Shown here: positions 1-12,610 of the stretch, one piece after another
How positions within the stretch are numbered: the stretch's first letter is position 1
Layout: each line of letters starts with the position of its first letter
NCBI RefSeq assembly: GCF_000143415.4
Contig: NW_003314294.1
Location: 1,292,416-1,355,888 of the forward strand
Length of the DNA: 63,473 bases
Reading direction: 5' to 3'
From: Selaginella moellendorffii
Taxonomy: Eukaryota; Plantae; Lycopodiophyta
The notes under the pieces: generated by a model
Told to the model about the DNA's origin: nothing
What the model saw: only the letters and a program-made list of their open reading frames with translations
Database searches by the model: none
Translations under genes and position numbers: made by a program

Positions 1-3000
1 GTTGGGAGAGCATAACGCCAAGAGGATTTTATGCCTCTCAGCTTTGAAGTAGGAGATGGTGGTGTCCAGAACAGTTCCCCGGTATGCGTCGTTGTCCCCC
101 AGAGCACGCAGCAAAGAAGCCACTGCGGCCACACCCAACGCCCACACTGCTTGCTGTGAGGACGTCTCGGTCATTGATATGGAAAACGGTCCTCCTCCAT
201 AGTCTTCCTCCCCACGGTGACTAACCAATGATATAGAGTGCAAGAAGCCCGCAGTGAAAAGCATCTCCGCTCCACTCTTGAAGCAGGATAGATAGAGACA
301 GAAGCTCATAACAGTGGCACGGGTGTTGTCATCGCCCCCTAGTGCCATGGACGATACGAGGGACTTGGTCGGAAAATGAGCCTGTAAGATAGGAATCCAC
401 GTTGATGGAACCAGACAGAACCTGATGACCATGTTCATAGCAGCCAAGGCCAAGCACCTGTAGTCCTTGTTCTCAACCATGCCACACAGCATTGGAAGAA
501 AGCTCAAGGTTTCGGCACCGAAGTCAGCCTCGCCTGTAAGTTCCACCTTTGCGGACATAACTTCAAGCGCCACCAGCAGGCACCCAAAGAGATCCTTGAG
601 AGTCACGTCCTTGGCACGTTGAGAGTCCAATATAGACTTGATGCAGCTCAGAGATGTGGTGATAGCGGTCGCACAAATTCCACGTAGCTTGTGCTCTTCA
701 GCATTGGTTTCTGGCGAAATCAATATCTGCCACATCATTGCCTCGAGAAGCTTTGATTGACATGCTACGAACTTCGGCACATAGATTGCTCGATCCATCT
801 CTGCAGATGTAACGGTCCTCTCAAGTCGGACACAGACTCGTTCCACTAAACTTTTGAGAGTGTCGCAAGTCCAGACTTGACTCTGGAGACAACCCAAACG
901 TAAGAAATTTGGAAGAACGAAGACGAAAATTACACTTACCTTCTTCTCCGCACCAGAAATCTTGACAACGTCCACAAGGCTAGTCACTGCCGAAATGTGA
1001 GCGGCTCCGTTGTGGATGATGTCATTGGCTTTTTCAAGACTGTAGAGCACGTTTTCTGCAACCTTGGTGGTCAATACATCGCCATCTCGATCCCAAAACT
1101 CCAATCCTAACGCAGATCTGAGTAAGTTGACGTCATAATGGCGGAAATCTTCATGAAGTGTAGGAGACGACGTAGGAGGAATCAAAGCCGTATCTAGTTC
1201 TATATCCGCCAGAAAGTTCGAGATGTCTTGGAAATGGCGATTAGAGATAGTTCTACCATGCAAATCTCCTTGAAGGTTATAATACAGGTCGCTCATAACC
1301 AGCAGTTCGATGCTTCCCGAATAACTGCAAAATTTCCGAAAAGCTAAAGAACCTTGTTATGAGAATGTGATGACAAACCTATAACCACGAGAACTGTATT
1401 GATTCACGAGCTCCTTGAAAGAAGGATGCGACAGTATCTATTAAAAACAGATTAGTCACACCGAGAAATAAATAGACACAACCTGAGAGGAGCGCTGAAG
1501 AAGACATTTGGTAAATGAAACATCCATCCCCTTGTTGTCACCTGACAAAAGCTTAACCAGCAAACCGATAACAAAGCACCTCGCTTCCCGCTGCAAGTCA
1601 GGCATTTAGATAGATGATGAACAAAGTCATGGTCGATCACCTTTGTTTGAAGTACGAATTCCTCTGAGTGATCATAGTCTACGTAGGAAGATAGAATCTC
1701 GCGAAGCTGAGTTGACGAAATCCAGTCAGATAATACAACATTCGATCTTCGCTTCAGATCGTTTGTCTTTGACTCAGCCGTTCTTGACACGGACTGAATA
1801 AACATATCGTAGATCATTATCTGAAAGATTGACGCCTGACAACGACGGCACAGAGCACGAATAACGTATTCTTCCTGGGATGAGATGTCGGGATGTAGAA
1901 GCTCAACAGCTCGATTGGACAGCGTCTCCCAAAAGGATTTCTTATTCCTCAGCACTGTGATCCCAGTGAGGCATTCGCTACCACCTTGCCATATTGAGAG
2001 CAGCAAGGACAGGAGACGAGAAAATACTTCCAAGTACCTGTATGAATTCAAACTAAGTTAAGAGCTACATTGAACAAATCATACCGTCTGGAGAAAGACG
2101 TAGGAACTGTCAGAAGATTCCAAATGGCATTCAAAACTTCAGAACTCTTTTCAACATTTCCATCCTTTTCAGCTTCGGCCTCTGACTCGATCCAAGGGGA
2201 AATTAGCAATTCCAGCATACCAGGCTGTGAAATACACAGTTACAATTGAGCACAGAAGCGTTTAACATACCTGCCACGAGATAGCGCTAGTAACAAAGCT
2301 TAAAATGGAATCGAAAAGAGCAGGACTTTCAAACGCAGAACTTTCTGAGAGAATTCTCTCTATAAAATCACGCATATGTCTCTTCTGCAAACACATCTGC
2401 ATTCAGCCAGTTTCGTAAAAACAAAGAAATCGTACCGAATCCACACCGGAGATATAGCTCGCAAGGTTCACAGCTTGGGGCTTTGCCTTTTGGCCTATCT
2501 CACAAAGCTTCCCCAAGATACGCGCACTCAAAATTTGCAGCCTCTGAAATTTTTATTAGTATGCATGTTGTTAATAGTGATATTTGTCTTACAGTGCACC
2601 GTTGAAATCCAAAGTATGACGTGATAATTGTAATAACTGAAGTCGAAGAAGCAGATTTGTGGAAAAGGAACTGGCATAGAGGAGAAACGGCAAATGCATC
2701 CTAAAACCAAAGCGAAAAATGTTTAAAACCTCACGAACAAGAATTACAAACCGTGTGATGTTCAAGTATCGTATTAATGAGACACAGTGCGGCACAAATT
2801 GCTTGCAGCAGAGTGTCAACCTCCTTTACAGGAACGAGACGATATGTATACAGCTCCTGCAGAAAACAGTGAGAACGAGTGAACAATGACATGCTTTAAC
2901 ATACCTCTAGCTTATGCGCACTAACAGTCAAAATTTGAAACAACAAACTATGAATGACAGTATCGTTTAGAATTTCCTCCAATACGGCGCTTCTGAGCTT

Positions 3001-6000
3001 ATCACCGTGCCAGAAAGTTCCTCTCGTTGCCAAATCGAGCATTTGATAAATCTGAAAATTACATCAAACTTGAACGAAAGGGAATAACACGCAATACCTT
3101 GGCAGACATGCACCATCGCTCGTGCCTTTCTTTGAACTTCCAATTGGAATAATTTACGAGAATACTATGCATGGAGTGAATCACGAAGCCAGATAAGGAA
3201 TCGGTCCGAACTCCTTTCTCGAGCAGCAAGATCGCAGCATCCAAGACTAGAAATGCAAGCATCAGTACACAACCATACAGAAAGTTCACATTGGAGAAAT
3301 TACCAGCCAGTGTTAAACAGTATCGACCGCTACTCTGTTCCAGCTTTGAAAGCTTGCAATAGAAATACTCTCCACACACAATACTGCATTGATGCAACAT
3401 GAGAGGGCCGAATTTTTTTTGAGAAAGTACCTTTTGTCCGAGGACTGAATTAAACCGGTTTTTTCTACTCCCGCCATAACTTGTCCAGGGAAGCTGCAAC
3501 ATTAATGAAAGTCCTAAAACGACGTAAAAAATGTAATCATACCTGTTTGCGAGTTTTTGAAGCAGGCTGACGCTCTCAGCAATTGCTTTCAACTCTCCAG
3601 GACAGCCAGAAACAAGGTTCTTGATAACAGAGCACACAAGGCTAATGACGTCGATCCTGAAAAAGCGCATACAAGTTCATCTTTCCATGTCCAAAGATTG
3701 AATACCTTAAGCTCCTGTCCATCCTGCCATCAGCGCGAGCAGTTGTTGCAGCTACTGACTTGTCAATGCTAACCAAATGCAATGAGATATCCTGCCAAAA
3801 AACACAGTTACACCGGAGACAAGAAGCAAAGTAACATAAGCGCCACCTTATTTGATGATAACATTTTGTTCAAAAGAGAAACAATAGAGAGTATTCCTTC
3901 AACGCTCTCTTGCGGCCACTGAGCCAAGCAAGACAGAATGGTTACCAGGGCACTGTGCTCGCACTGCACCAGAAACGAACACTGATTTTTAGAAAGTCGA
4001 ACACCAGCATCATTACCTCCCAGCGCACAAGAGCTACTCCATCATTATACCGCTTCAAAACACGTCCAACAGCACCTGCCGGGATATATAGACCCGAGCA
4101 ATTAGGAATCTGAACGGCGCTGGAAATATGTATAACAGAACCAAAGCTTTCTTCCTCTTGGTTTGGGCGGTATAGACAAATAACGGGTATTGTCTGGCAC
4201 AAAAAATTGTACCTGCAGAACCGAATCGCTTTTAACAATCCACCACGGAAGAAATGTGTACTTACACGCACTCCGCAGACCAACGCCCCTCACACAAGCA
4301 CGACAATAGACGCAATAGAGGGCCTATTTCCTGTGGAAAATTATCTCGGAGTGAATACAGAAAGCTTCGTATTGGTCCGTCCACGGCAACTTCCTTGTCC
4401 CAGAAAGCGGTGCACAACCACTCCTGCAAAAAGTCCAATCAAATGAATACACAAATCGAGCTGCGTAAAGTATAGAACCTGTCCGTCATACGTTTCACAA
4501 AGAAGCTCAATAAGCTCGTTTTGAGAAGTTATGTCAGCCTGCATGAACGATCATAACGAAAAACCAGTATGACTGCATTGATATACCTGGCAAAACTCAT
4601 AAGCAGCTATGCATGCGGCACTCAGCGTTTTGACAGATCCATTGTATATGAAACCTGCAAAATGGTTGTAAGACAAGGTTCCACAACAATAAGCCCACAT
4701 ACTCACTCACGTCAGAATCTTTCAGTTGCTCCGAGCGCATGAATTTCAAAAGAAAGGCATAAGCCCCGTACTTAAAGGCCTGCTGGGCGTAAACGGCGTG
4801 TTCTATGTCCTGCAGGATGAAAAAGAAAATAAATCGTGCGCATGGGGCATCTAATACTCACCAGAACCATAGCCTGATCGGGAAGTGACGATACCAAACA
4901 GATAAAAGTTGCCCATGCGAGCAAAAGGGGTGCATACTCGGTAGTCACGGTGAGGTCAAGGCCAGATAAAACAACATCCAGTTCTTGTAACTCGTCAGCT
5001 GAAAAGCCATGGCCTCCTTGGCTGAAGTATTTGAAGCGTAAATTGGAGGAAAAAAAGAGGTACGACAGGTTTTACCTGAATGATATTTCTCCATGCACCA
5101 AAGTGAGAACTAATCGTAGATCCAGCACCTCTATAAGGATCAATAAAGCTTGACTTCTTACGTGGGCAAGTGTCTTTTCTGCCTCCGATGTAACTGCTAG
5201 CCTCTCACTGTACCGTGCTTCGAATACGAACTGCAGAATCAGCAAAGAAACCATCATTCCATTTGGCAATCAGTGCTACGTACCTGGAAAGAAACAAACA
5301 AATCTTTCCATGTCTGGACGCTGCAGCGGGAGTCCGAAAAGGTCATAAATAATATGTCCATAAGCAAAGACTCTTCTGAAACTATTTCATCGGCCCACGC
5401 GTCCGAAAATTTGGAATCCTGCAACAAACGAAGCATCAGAGACATGGGAATCATCCAAAGTACGAACCCATTGCTCAGGCCGTGTAGAAGTGACTACGTG
5501 GTTCAGGTTTTCAAGCGCCCGTTTGCCCAGATCCTTGTCAATGAGATCCTGGACCTTCCTAGACATGCATTGCATTGTGAGAAGAAGGCGGGTGCATTTG
5601 AGTAAGCATTGTCTTTCCAGAAAGTAAGTTATGGCAACCTGGAAAACTTGCGCATTAATACTTGAATGGATCGGAAGGAGAAAACTTACGCTTTGTGGCA
5701 GTAATGGATCGTCGCAAGGCACCGAGGGGTTATTTTCCATATGCCTCGAGAGAAGAATATAGCTTTGAATCTCATCCAGGTCCTACAAAGAGCAACACAA
5801 AGAATTCTTCTCGAGATCAAGTACTGCTGTAGAGGCCTACCAGATGCTTGCTGATCCCAAGAGCAGTGCCCTGTAGCTCAGGCTTGACATCCAAAGAATG
5901 CGAACCGACAGTGATCTTGGATCCCTTCAAGGCTTGGTTGGAGGCGGCATTTGGACGTTTGAAAGCGAGAAGCATGTCGATCAGCCAGTTTTGGTGCTCC

Positions 6001-6216
6001 AGCAGCCTCTCCTCCTGCAAACAATCGGTGGCAAAGATGCTACATTCTCTCTTGAAGACACACCAATGGATGGATACCAACCAGTTCGATGCGCTTGCGC
6101 TGACGGCGATGAGTGGCATCGCCATCGTCCTGGGAGTCCTCCGCGGCGGCGAAATCCTCGAGATCCTCGAACAGATCCCTGTGAGACTCCCACCACAGCG
6201 CCGCGGGCGTCGCCAT
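1..6216 (-). CDS. NUP188: Nucleoporin NUP188-like, multi-exon; 3' end runs off the left edge of the window
   Basis: Spliced N-terminus MATPAALWWESHRDLFEDLE...LLEHQNWLIDMLLAFKRPN...SKHL|DLDEIQSYILL matches the plant Nup188 N-terminus (LWW..F..L..LE; LDEIQSYIL). Many ~45-60 nt GT-AG introns separate helical-repeat exons. ATG at 6216. Confidence 0.85.
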
Positions 6217-6221
6217 CGCCA

Positions 6222-6229
6222 AAACCCTA
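6222..6229 (+). promoter_or_regulatory. Telo-box (AAACCCTA) just upstream of the NUP188 start
   Basis: Exact motif AAACCCTA 6 nt from the ATG; telo-boxes are common in plant housekeeping 5' regions. Confidence 0.5.
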
Positions 6230-6258
6230 GCTAGACCCTTAGGTAGAAATTTTGGTTT

Positions 6259-6836
6259 TCATCCAAGAAATTTGTCCAATGCCGCCACCAGGGCCGCGGG
6301 CGAGGAGCGAGGATATGGCAGCAGGGTGCCGAGCTCCATCGCCTTGACGGCGGCCACCAGCGTGGACGGCTTTGCACAGATCAAGAATCGATTGCGCGCC
6401 AGCTCCTCGGCGAGCTCGCACTGGTGATTGTCCATGAGATCCTCGTTGATCACTACCACCAGAGGCTTGCCCGCGCGTAGCGTCTCGAAGATACTCCCGG
6501 ACCCTGGCATTCAATCACATTCTTTTGAGTCGATTGATCGATCGATCGATCCATGGATCACTCACCCGCGTGACTGATGACCAGATCGGCGCTGCTCAGC
6601 TGCTCGCCCAGATTGGGAGCAAATGTGAAGTAGTCGACTCGGAGACGATGGTGATCGTCGTCGCGCTCGCGCGTCGTGATTTGTGGGAGGTACGTTCCGC
6701 GGCCAATTTGGAGGCGCAGTGACGAGTAGCCTCGCGAGAGTAGCACGTCTTGGAATTCGTTGCTGTCGACGATACGAATCAAGGCATCAAAGCTGGTGGT
6801 GCCAACCGTGACGAACACCCGACCAGAAGGCTCCAT
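6259..6836 (-). CDS. ALG13: UDP-GlcNAc transferase subunit ALG13 (exons 6836-6566 and 6503-6259)
   Basis: VFVTVGTTSFDALI, LQIGRG, ADLVISHAG|SGSIFETL, KPLVVVINEDLMDNHQ are GT28 C-terminal/ALG13 motifs; one GT-AG intron. Confidence 0.95.
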
Positions 6837-6954
6837 AGCCAAGAACCCTATTACGTTCTATGTTACAAAGGAGAAAAGCTTTACAAGAACTTTAGTAGTC
6901 TAGACTCACTCAAAATGGCTTGAGATCCAAACCGGCATCGCGTTAGCTCCTTTC

Positions 6955-8597
6955 TCACTGCTCGGAACTTGGATTAGTGGACGCTCTCCCTCGTTTCGTC
7001 GAGAAACTTGGCCGCCACAGTGGCCTCTCCCGCTTCGTGAGGCTTGTAGCAGCAAAGATGGACAGTCCCACCAGCAGCGCTCCTCCAAACACGTTTCGCA
7101 ACATGTTTGGCCTCTGCCTCGTCTCCACCTTCTGCTCCTCCTCCTCCGCAGCATTGCTTCCAAAGTCTTTGGAGCAGCGTACCTCTGCTGCGTCGCAGGA
7201 GCTGGAGAGGCTGGAAGATAATCCTTGAAACTTGTCTACCAGGCCCTTGGAGCACACAATGCAGTCGGAGCAATCGTCCCCCTTGTCCACGGCCGACGCC
7301 GGCGGCCTTCTCAAGAGCGTGCTACTGTCCACTGGTATATCTGCACGGATCATAGCTCAGCTCCGTTAGACGGCCACTGTTAGATTTTTGCCAGACCTTT
7401 CTCGTCTTCCGTCTTGCAAGTAGCCACGAAGTTCTTCAGCTTGGAATCCAGCTTGAAGAGCACCGTCTCTAGTTCTTCCAGTAAGTTCATCTGCATTTAA
7501 AGATTAAGATGTTCACTCAGCCGGGTGATCTAATCTAACATTCGAAACAGTCTGTTTACCTCTGGAGAAAGCTCGGCTCCATCCTGCTGCCATAAAAACA
7601 ATGTAGAAATGAGATCACGTCTCTCCCAGCAATTTTACATGGAACATACATACCTGACTTCTACGGAGCTGTTGATTGCTGCAGCCGCCTCCCTCGGTGA
7701 AGCTTGCGTCCAAGATGTCACTCGGAAGGCTTGAATAAGAAAAACGTATTAGGTACAGCAAAAGTTGCATCCACCGGGTCGCGGGCTTACCTTTGCTTGT
7801 GATGTATTATAGTGTCGAGATCCGGAATGAACAGGTTCTCTGGATTACCAAGGCACGTACATTCCAGCGTCATCTGTTGCATTACACCAAGCATTCTTAT
7901 TTTATTCTCACGTCGAATGCACAAGAGAAATATATTCCAAGGAAGAGAGCTCTACCTTCAGTTTGGGTACATAGCCTTCACGCGGACTGGACGCACAGAG
8001 AGGATATTTGATGTACACCTCCGAATCCATGTCGTCGAGAAACTAGGAGGTACACGTTATTAACAAAGAAATGACCAAGTTTGGGCACACTTACCTCTTT
8101 TAAGTCAAGAGCAATATGACCCGCCAAACCAGAACTGTAAGCCTGTTAATAGAAACAAAACCACGAGAGTTGGACCCGTTCATCATTCCATGAAAAATCG
8201 AGGATGGAGGGCGAGCGATCATCTACCTGATCTGCGATTCCAAGGAGGAAAGGAGAAACAAAATATAAAGCTTTAGTCGAGAGAAAGAGCAAATCAAATC
8301 GCTCATACCTATGTAAATGTGGAGCTTGCCGAGGTCGTCTTCCTTGGCGCAGAAGAGGCGGCAGCTAATCCTCTGGTCGATGAGGCACTCGTCTTGCACG
8401 ATGTCGAATTCGCCCAGCTCCTTCTGCTTGGACCCATGCAGGACTGTGATCTTTAAGCTTCTCTTGGCCGGAATCCGGAAGCTAGAGCTGGTGCTGAAGG
8501 AGAGGCGCATAGGCGACGGGATGCGCGTCACTCGCAAGATCGTGATGGTGAAAACGTAGACGCGGGGGCCCTGGATTGAAGAATTCCTATTCGCCAT
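6955..8597 (-). CDS. Unknown multi-exon protein: beta-rich (C2-like?) N-terminus, coiled segment, C-terminal transmembrane helix
   Basis: ATG at 8597; canonical GT-AG introns join short exons. The last exon encodes NVFGGALLVGLSIFAAT followed by a basic tail; stop at 6955-6957. Confidence 0.6.
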
Positions 8598-9159
8598 GGC
8601 TGCTGCGGCGCTTCCTCTCGCCGATCGCGCATCAAGACGACGAGCTTCTTGCTCGCCTGGCGCCCCAAAGAATCAATCGATCATACCTAGCTAGCGCGCG
8701 CTGTCGGAAAAGAGAGAGAGTATGAAACCCTGGATCAAACAAGACGACGATGAATGGACGCGCAGGGAAGCGGAGGGCAAGTAAAAATGCGGCGGCGGAA
8801 ACCCCTTTGGTAGTTTTTATGTATAGTAATAACTCGACATTCTCCAAACGGGTAGCTAGCTCGCCAATATTTACCACCACGGGACAACGGCTGCTTTTTC
8901 TTTTTTACCATCGGCAGTCCCAGTGACCGTTAGAATGTGACAGAATATTCTGACCATGACGGTGCCCGGATATTCCATCTATTCAACTCGTTGACGATGA
9001 CCAGTCAACCCAATTCCATTTACTATGGGCTTTGATAGAAATGAAATAGTATAATTGCATGAAGGAGCGGACATACTTGGCACCGGCAATGCATGCTGGA
9101 TCATATATAATGAATCAATCAAACCTATGCTCAAAGCAACCGAAAGTTCTCGTGTCACA

Positions 9160-9600
9160 ATGAAGGCTGCTCTAGTGTTTCTTGTGCTTGTGTTCGCCAC
9201 ATTTGAGGTTACTTTCTCTTCTTCAAGTAGGGATCTCTTGTCCGTCGGTGGAGTTCATGAACAGCAGGATTCACCAGCCGCTCTATCTTTTGGGGATGAT
9301 GGTGACGATTTTCACCAAGGCATGGACAGGAAGAGGAGCCACAATAGCAACAACATCAACATCAACATCAATTTCAAGTGTAAGGATGATCATGTAGATT
9401 CAAAGGACGATAACAAGGCTAAGGATGACACAGGAGAGAAGAAACACAAGGAAGTCAAGGATGACAAGAGGGAGGAGAAGAAAAAAGAGGATATGGATGA
9501 CAAGAGCAAGGAGAAGGACGAGCAAGACAAGGATGAGAAGAATATGGATGGCAAGGACAAGAGCAAGGACAAAGACGACGAGAAGAGAGTGTTTCCCTAG
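9160..9600 (+). CDS. Small secreted Asp/Lys/Glu-rich protein
   Basis: Signal-peptide-like MKAALVFLVLVFATFEVTFSS, a RDLL motif, NININ(I)NF, then a D/K/E low-complexity tail; single ORF. Confidence 0.6.
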   Translation: MKAALVFLVLVFATFEVTFSSSSRDLLSVGGVHEQQDSPAALSFGDDGDDFHQGMDRKRSHNSNNINININFKCKDDHVDSKDDNKAKDDTGEKKHKEVKDDKREEKKKEDMDDKSKEKDEQDKDEKNMDGKDKSKDKDDEKRVFP

Positions 9601-9692
9601 AAAATGGAATCTAAAAGAGCACAAACTATGAAGAAATAAATCCATGATCTTCGGATTGTTTGCTTGAAACCCTGAATTTTAGGGCAACTGGT

Positions 9693-11275
9693 ATGGATGA
9701 AGAGTTTGTCCCCGAGGCCGTGGCGCTGGATTGCGGGAATGAGAATGTGGAGGCGGTCGGGATCACAATCATCACTGGCTACCTCGGTGCTGGCAAATCT
9801 ACGGTAGCATTCTTGCGCGAGCAAGCAATGGATTTTCACAGTGAGTTTGATCGCAGCTGGTGAATTTCATACTCCATGCCCAGCACGGCAAGCGAATAGC
9901 CGTCATTCTCAATGAATTTGGCGACGAGCTCGGTGTGGAGAGGGCGATGATTAATGAAGGTGAATCCGGTGCGCTTGTCGAGGAATGGATCGAGCTCCCC
10001 AATGGCTGTGTTTGTTGCAATGTCAAGCACAGCTTTGTTCAGGCACTAGAACAGCTCACCCAGCGCCGTGACAGGTGAATTTCTTCCCCGAAGTTTTCAC
10101 TTTTTTTCATGGCTTTTCTTACAGGTGTGAGCATGTCTTGCTCGAGACAACCGGGCTTGCCAATCCGGGTCCAGTGGCATCCACTCTTTGGATCGATGAT
10201 CAGCTTGAATCGTCGGTGAGACTGGACGCCATAGTCACGGTAAAGTTGATTGCATTCTAGATAGATTGATCCTTTGACATTATAAATCAGGTGGTTGATG
10301 CCAGGAACTTGCAGCATCAGCTGGATGATAGGGAGGACGCTGAAGCATTCTTGCAACTAGCGCATGCAGTATGAAACCTTTCTCTATCACTAGCGAAAAC
10401 ATGCTGAGATTTTTTTTAATTTTTTTAAATTTTTCTGCTTCTTTTCTGTAGGACGTGATCATTCTCAACAAAGTCGATCTGGTTGACGAGTGCACGCTAA
10501 CGGATGTGAAACAACGAGTTGCTGGGATCAACTCTATTGCGACTGTCTTGGAGGCTGTACGCTGCGAGGTTGATTTAGATGTAGTTCTCAATCGGAGAGC
10601 TTATGCTACCAGGGTAATGGTCTTTGTTTTCGTTTTTTCCTTCTTTGTCTTCTCCTTGGAGCCTATACTATCTTCTTCCTGTGGTGTTTAGGACTCGATT
10701 AACCTCCGGGAACTTGAGAGGAAGCACGACGCAAACTTGCATGGCCAAACGGTCACAACAACCAGCATCGAAGACGACAGGCCCGTGATTTTGAAGAAGG
10801 TTAGGACGACGACGTTGTGCTTTACTCCGAGCTAAACTTTGCCTTGTAGGTGGATGATTGGCTGGGAGATATTCTTTGGGAAAAGAAAATGGAAATTTAT
10901 CGAATGAAGGCCATACTTCATGTTCATGGTGCGCAGGAAATGCATTTGCTACAGGTAGAATTTGGTGTTTAGTTCGATTCTTTCGCATCATAGTTCTGTT
11001 GCAGGCTGTCCGTGAACTATACGAGATTCTTCCCGGGAGGCTGTGGCGGCCAGCCGAGAAGCGCCAGAGCAAGATAGTTATCATCGGTAACCATTTTTAC
11101 AGTTTTTACAGTTCTAAGTTATCAATTGTGTTCATATACACCAGGTCGCAACCTTGACAAAGCATATCTTCAAAGCTCTCTCTCAGCGTGTTGTTTCTCT
11201 GGCGGTTTGGCAGACGAAAAAGTGTGCTCTCAAAGTATTACCTGTAAGAAATGGTCTGATTTTATTTTCATTTAG
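9693..11275 (+). CDS. ZNG1: CobW/COG0523 G3E GTPase zinc chaperone (ZNG1-like), multi-exon
   Basis: GYLGAGKST (G1), NEFG, GCVCC (CxCC), ETTG (G3), NKVD (G4) and a CobW_C domain (IYRMKA..., LQAVRELYEI, IVIIG|RNLD). Confidence 0.9.
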
Positions 11276-11324
11276 CTTGTGCGCTGACACAGGATTTTGC
11301 TATTGACAGGCAATCTTGGCTCTT

Positions 11325-12126
11325 CTACGGGTATCTCACTCTCTGTGGAGCGAACTTTGGAAGACGAGCTTGGAACACGTCGTTGAGGACTGTCAGTGAT
11401 CCTAAGCTTGTTTTGAGGAGCTGGAGAACCTGGCAGCGAAAAGATTCGTGAGTAAAACGGTAGCAACAGGTAGAAAACAATGCAAACCTCAACGGGTCCA
11501 AGTTGAAGCTCAATTGTTTCGAGATCCGACACGGCCTCCACTTTATACATGCTCATCAGAGCCACGCTCTTGGCCACTGACACTGGGAAGATTTGGAGGT
11601 CGTCAGTGATCATGAAAGTTACATTCTCCTTGACAAAGCCCTGAGACGAGGAAGAAAGAGGTTTGGCTGGTCTGGTGGCGGCTGCTGGGCTCGCAAGCAC
11701 TTGCACAGGGACATTCATGACAAAGCCACAGGTGGTGCATCTCTGCGTGTTGTCATCCATGGCAATCGCTGGACAGAGTCTTCCCGACGAGCAACGGTAG
11801 AAGCTGTGATCACTGGGCTTGAAAGAGGCAGCGGCACCACCAGAGCTGGCCAAGGCGTTCTCGATTCCCAGGAGCTTGTCCATGAATCCTTCGGGAGCTT
11901 GAGGATCAACCAGGAGCTTCTTGTCGACGTGCATGACGGCGTCGTCCATCTGCTGGACGCTGGTGAAGATCCTGGCAACGCCCACCTGTGCTTCGCCGTG
12001 CACGAGCTTCATGGACGAGCCGACTGGTAGCAGCAGAAAAGAGAAGAGGACGTCCACGCATTCCTTGCTCGCTTCCAGGTACAAGATTCTCCTGTCCGAC
12101 TTCTTGCAAACCAGCGTCACCTTCAT
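11325..12126 (-). CDS. DUF674 family protein (2 exons)
   Basis: RILYLEASKECVDVLFSFLLLPVG, GFVKENVTFMITDDLQI, and VLQLLKTSLGSLTVLNDVF after a GT-AG intron are typical DUF674 motifs. Confidence 0.88.
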
Positions 12127-12610
12127 CTTCGATATTGTGTATGATGAGGGAAGACTTATTTTGTGTATGATGAGGGAAGACTGATCATCCAGCGCGTTTT
12201 AAAGCTCGGCATTTGCTTTTGGAATTGGAGTCAAGCTCAAACAAAGAGCAGCCAAAAGGCTGGAATATGCTATGCTTTCCTTTGTAACGAATTCGTGCAA
12301 GAATTTATCCTCAATCCAAGCCCACCTAGACAATGATCTCTTTCTCCTACGTTCTAGCCAGCGAGTCAAACAGTTATAATGACTAGGTAAATACTATACA
12401 TACTTACTAGGTAGAAGTTTATCCCTCCCAAGGTCAGGCAGGCGAGGCGGGCGTGTCTTTGTTTGGCGATGGCGCAAGCGCGGCGCTTACCGCCCCGCGC
12501 CCGCTTCTAGCTCGGGAATACTTCCAGGTTTGAGCGCCGATCGATCGATCGATCCCATCCATCGGTAGGGTTTTGGAGAGCTTGGAATCTTCCACCGCCG
12601 GCCGCGAGCG

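Noticed and set aside
6535-6551. GATC microsatellites (also 12539-12554)
   Set aside because: Short simple repeats in an intron and a 5' region; no evidence of function.
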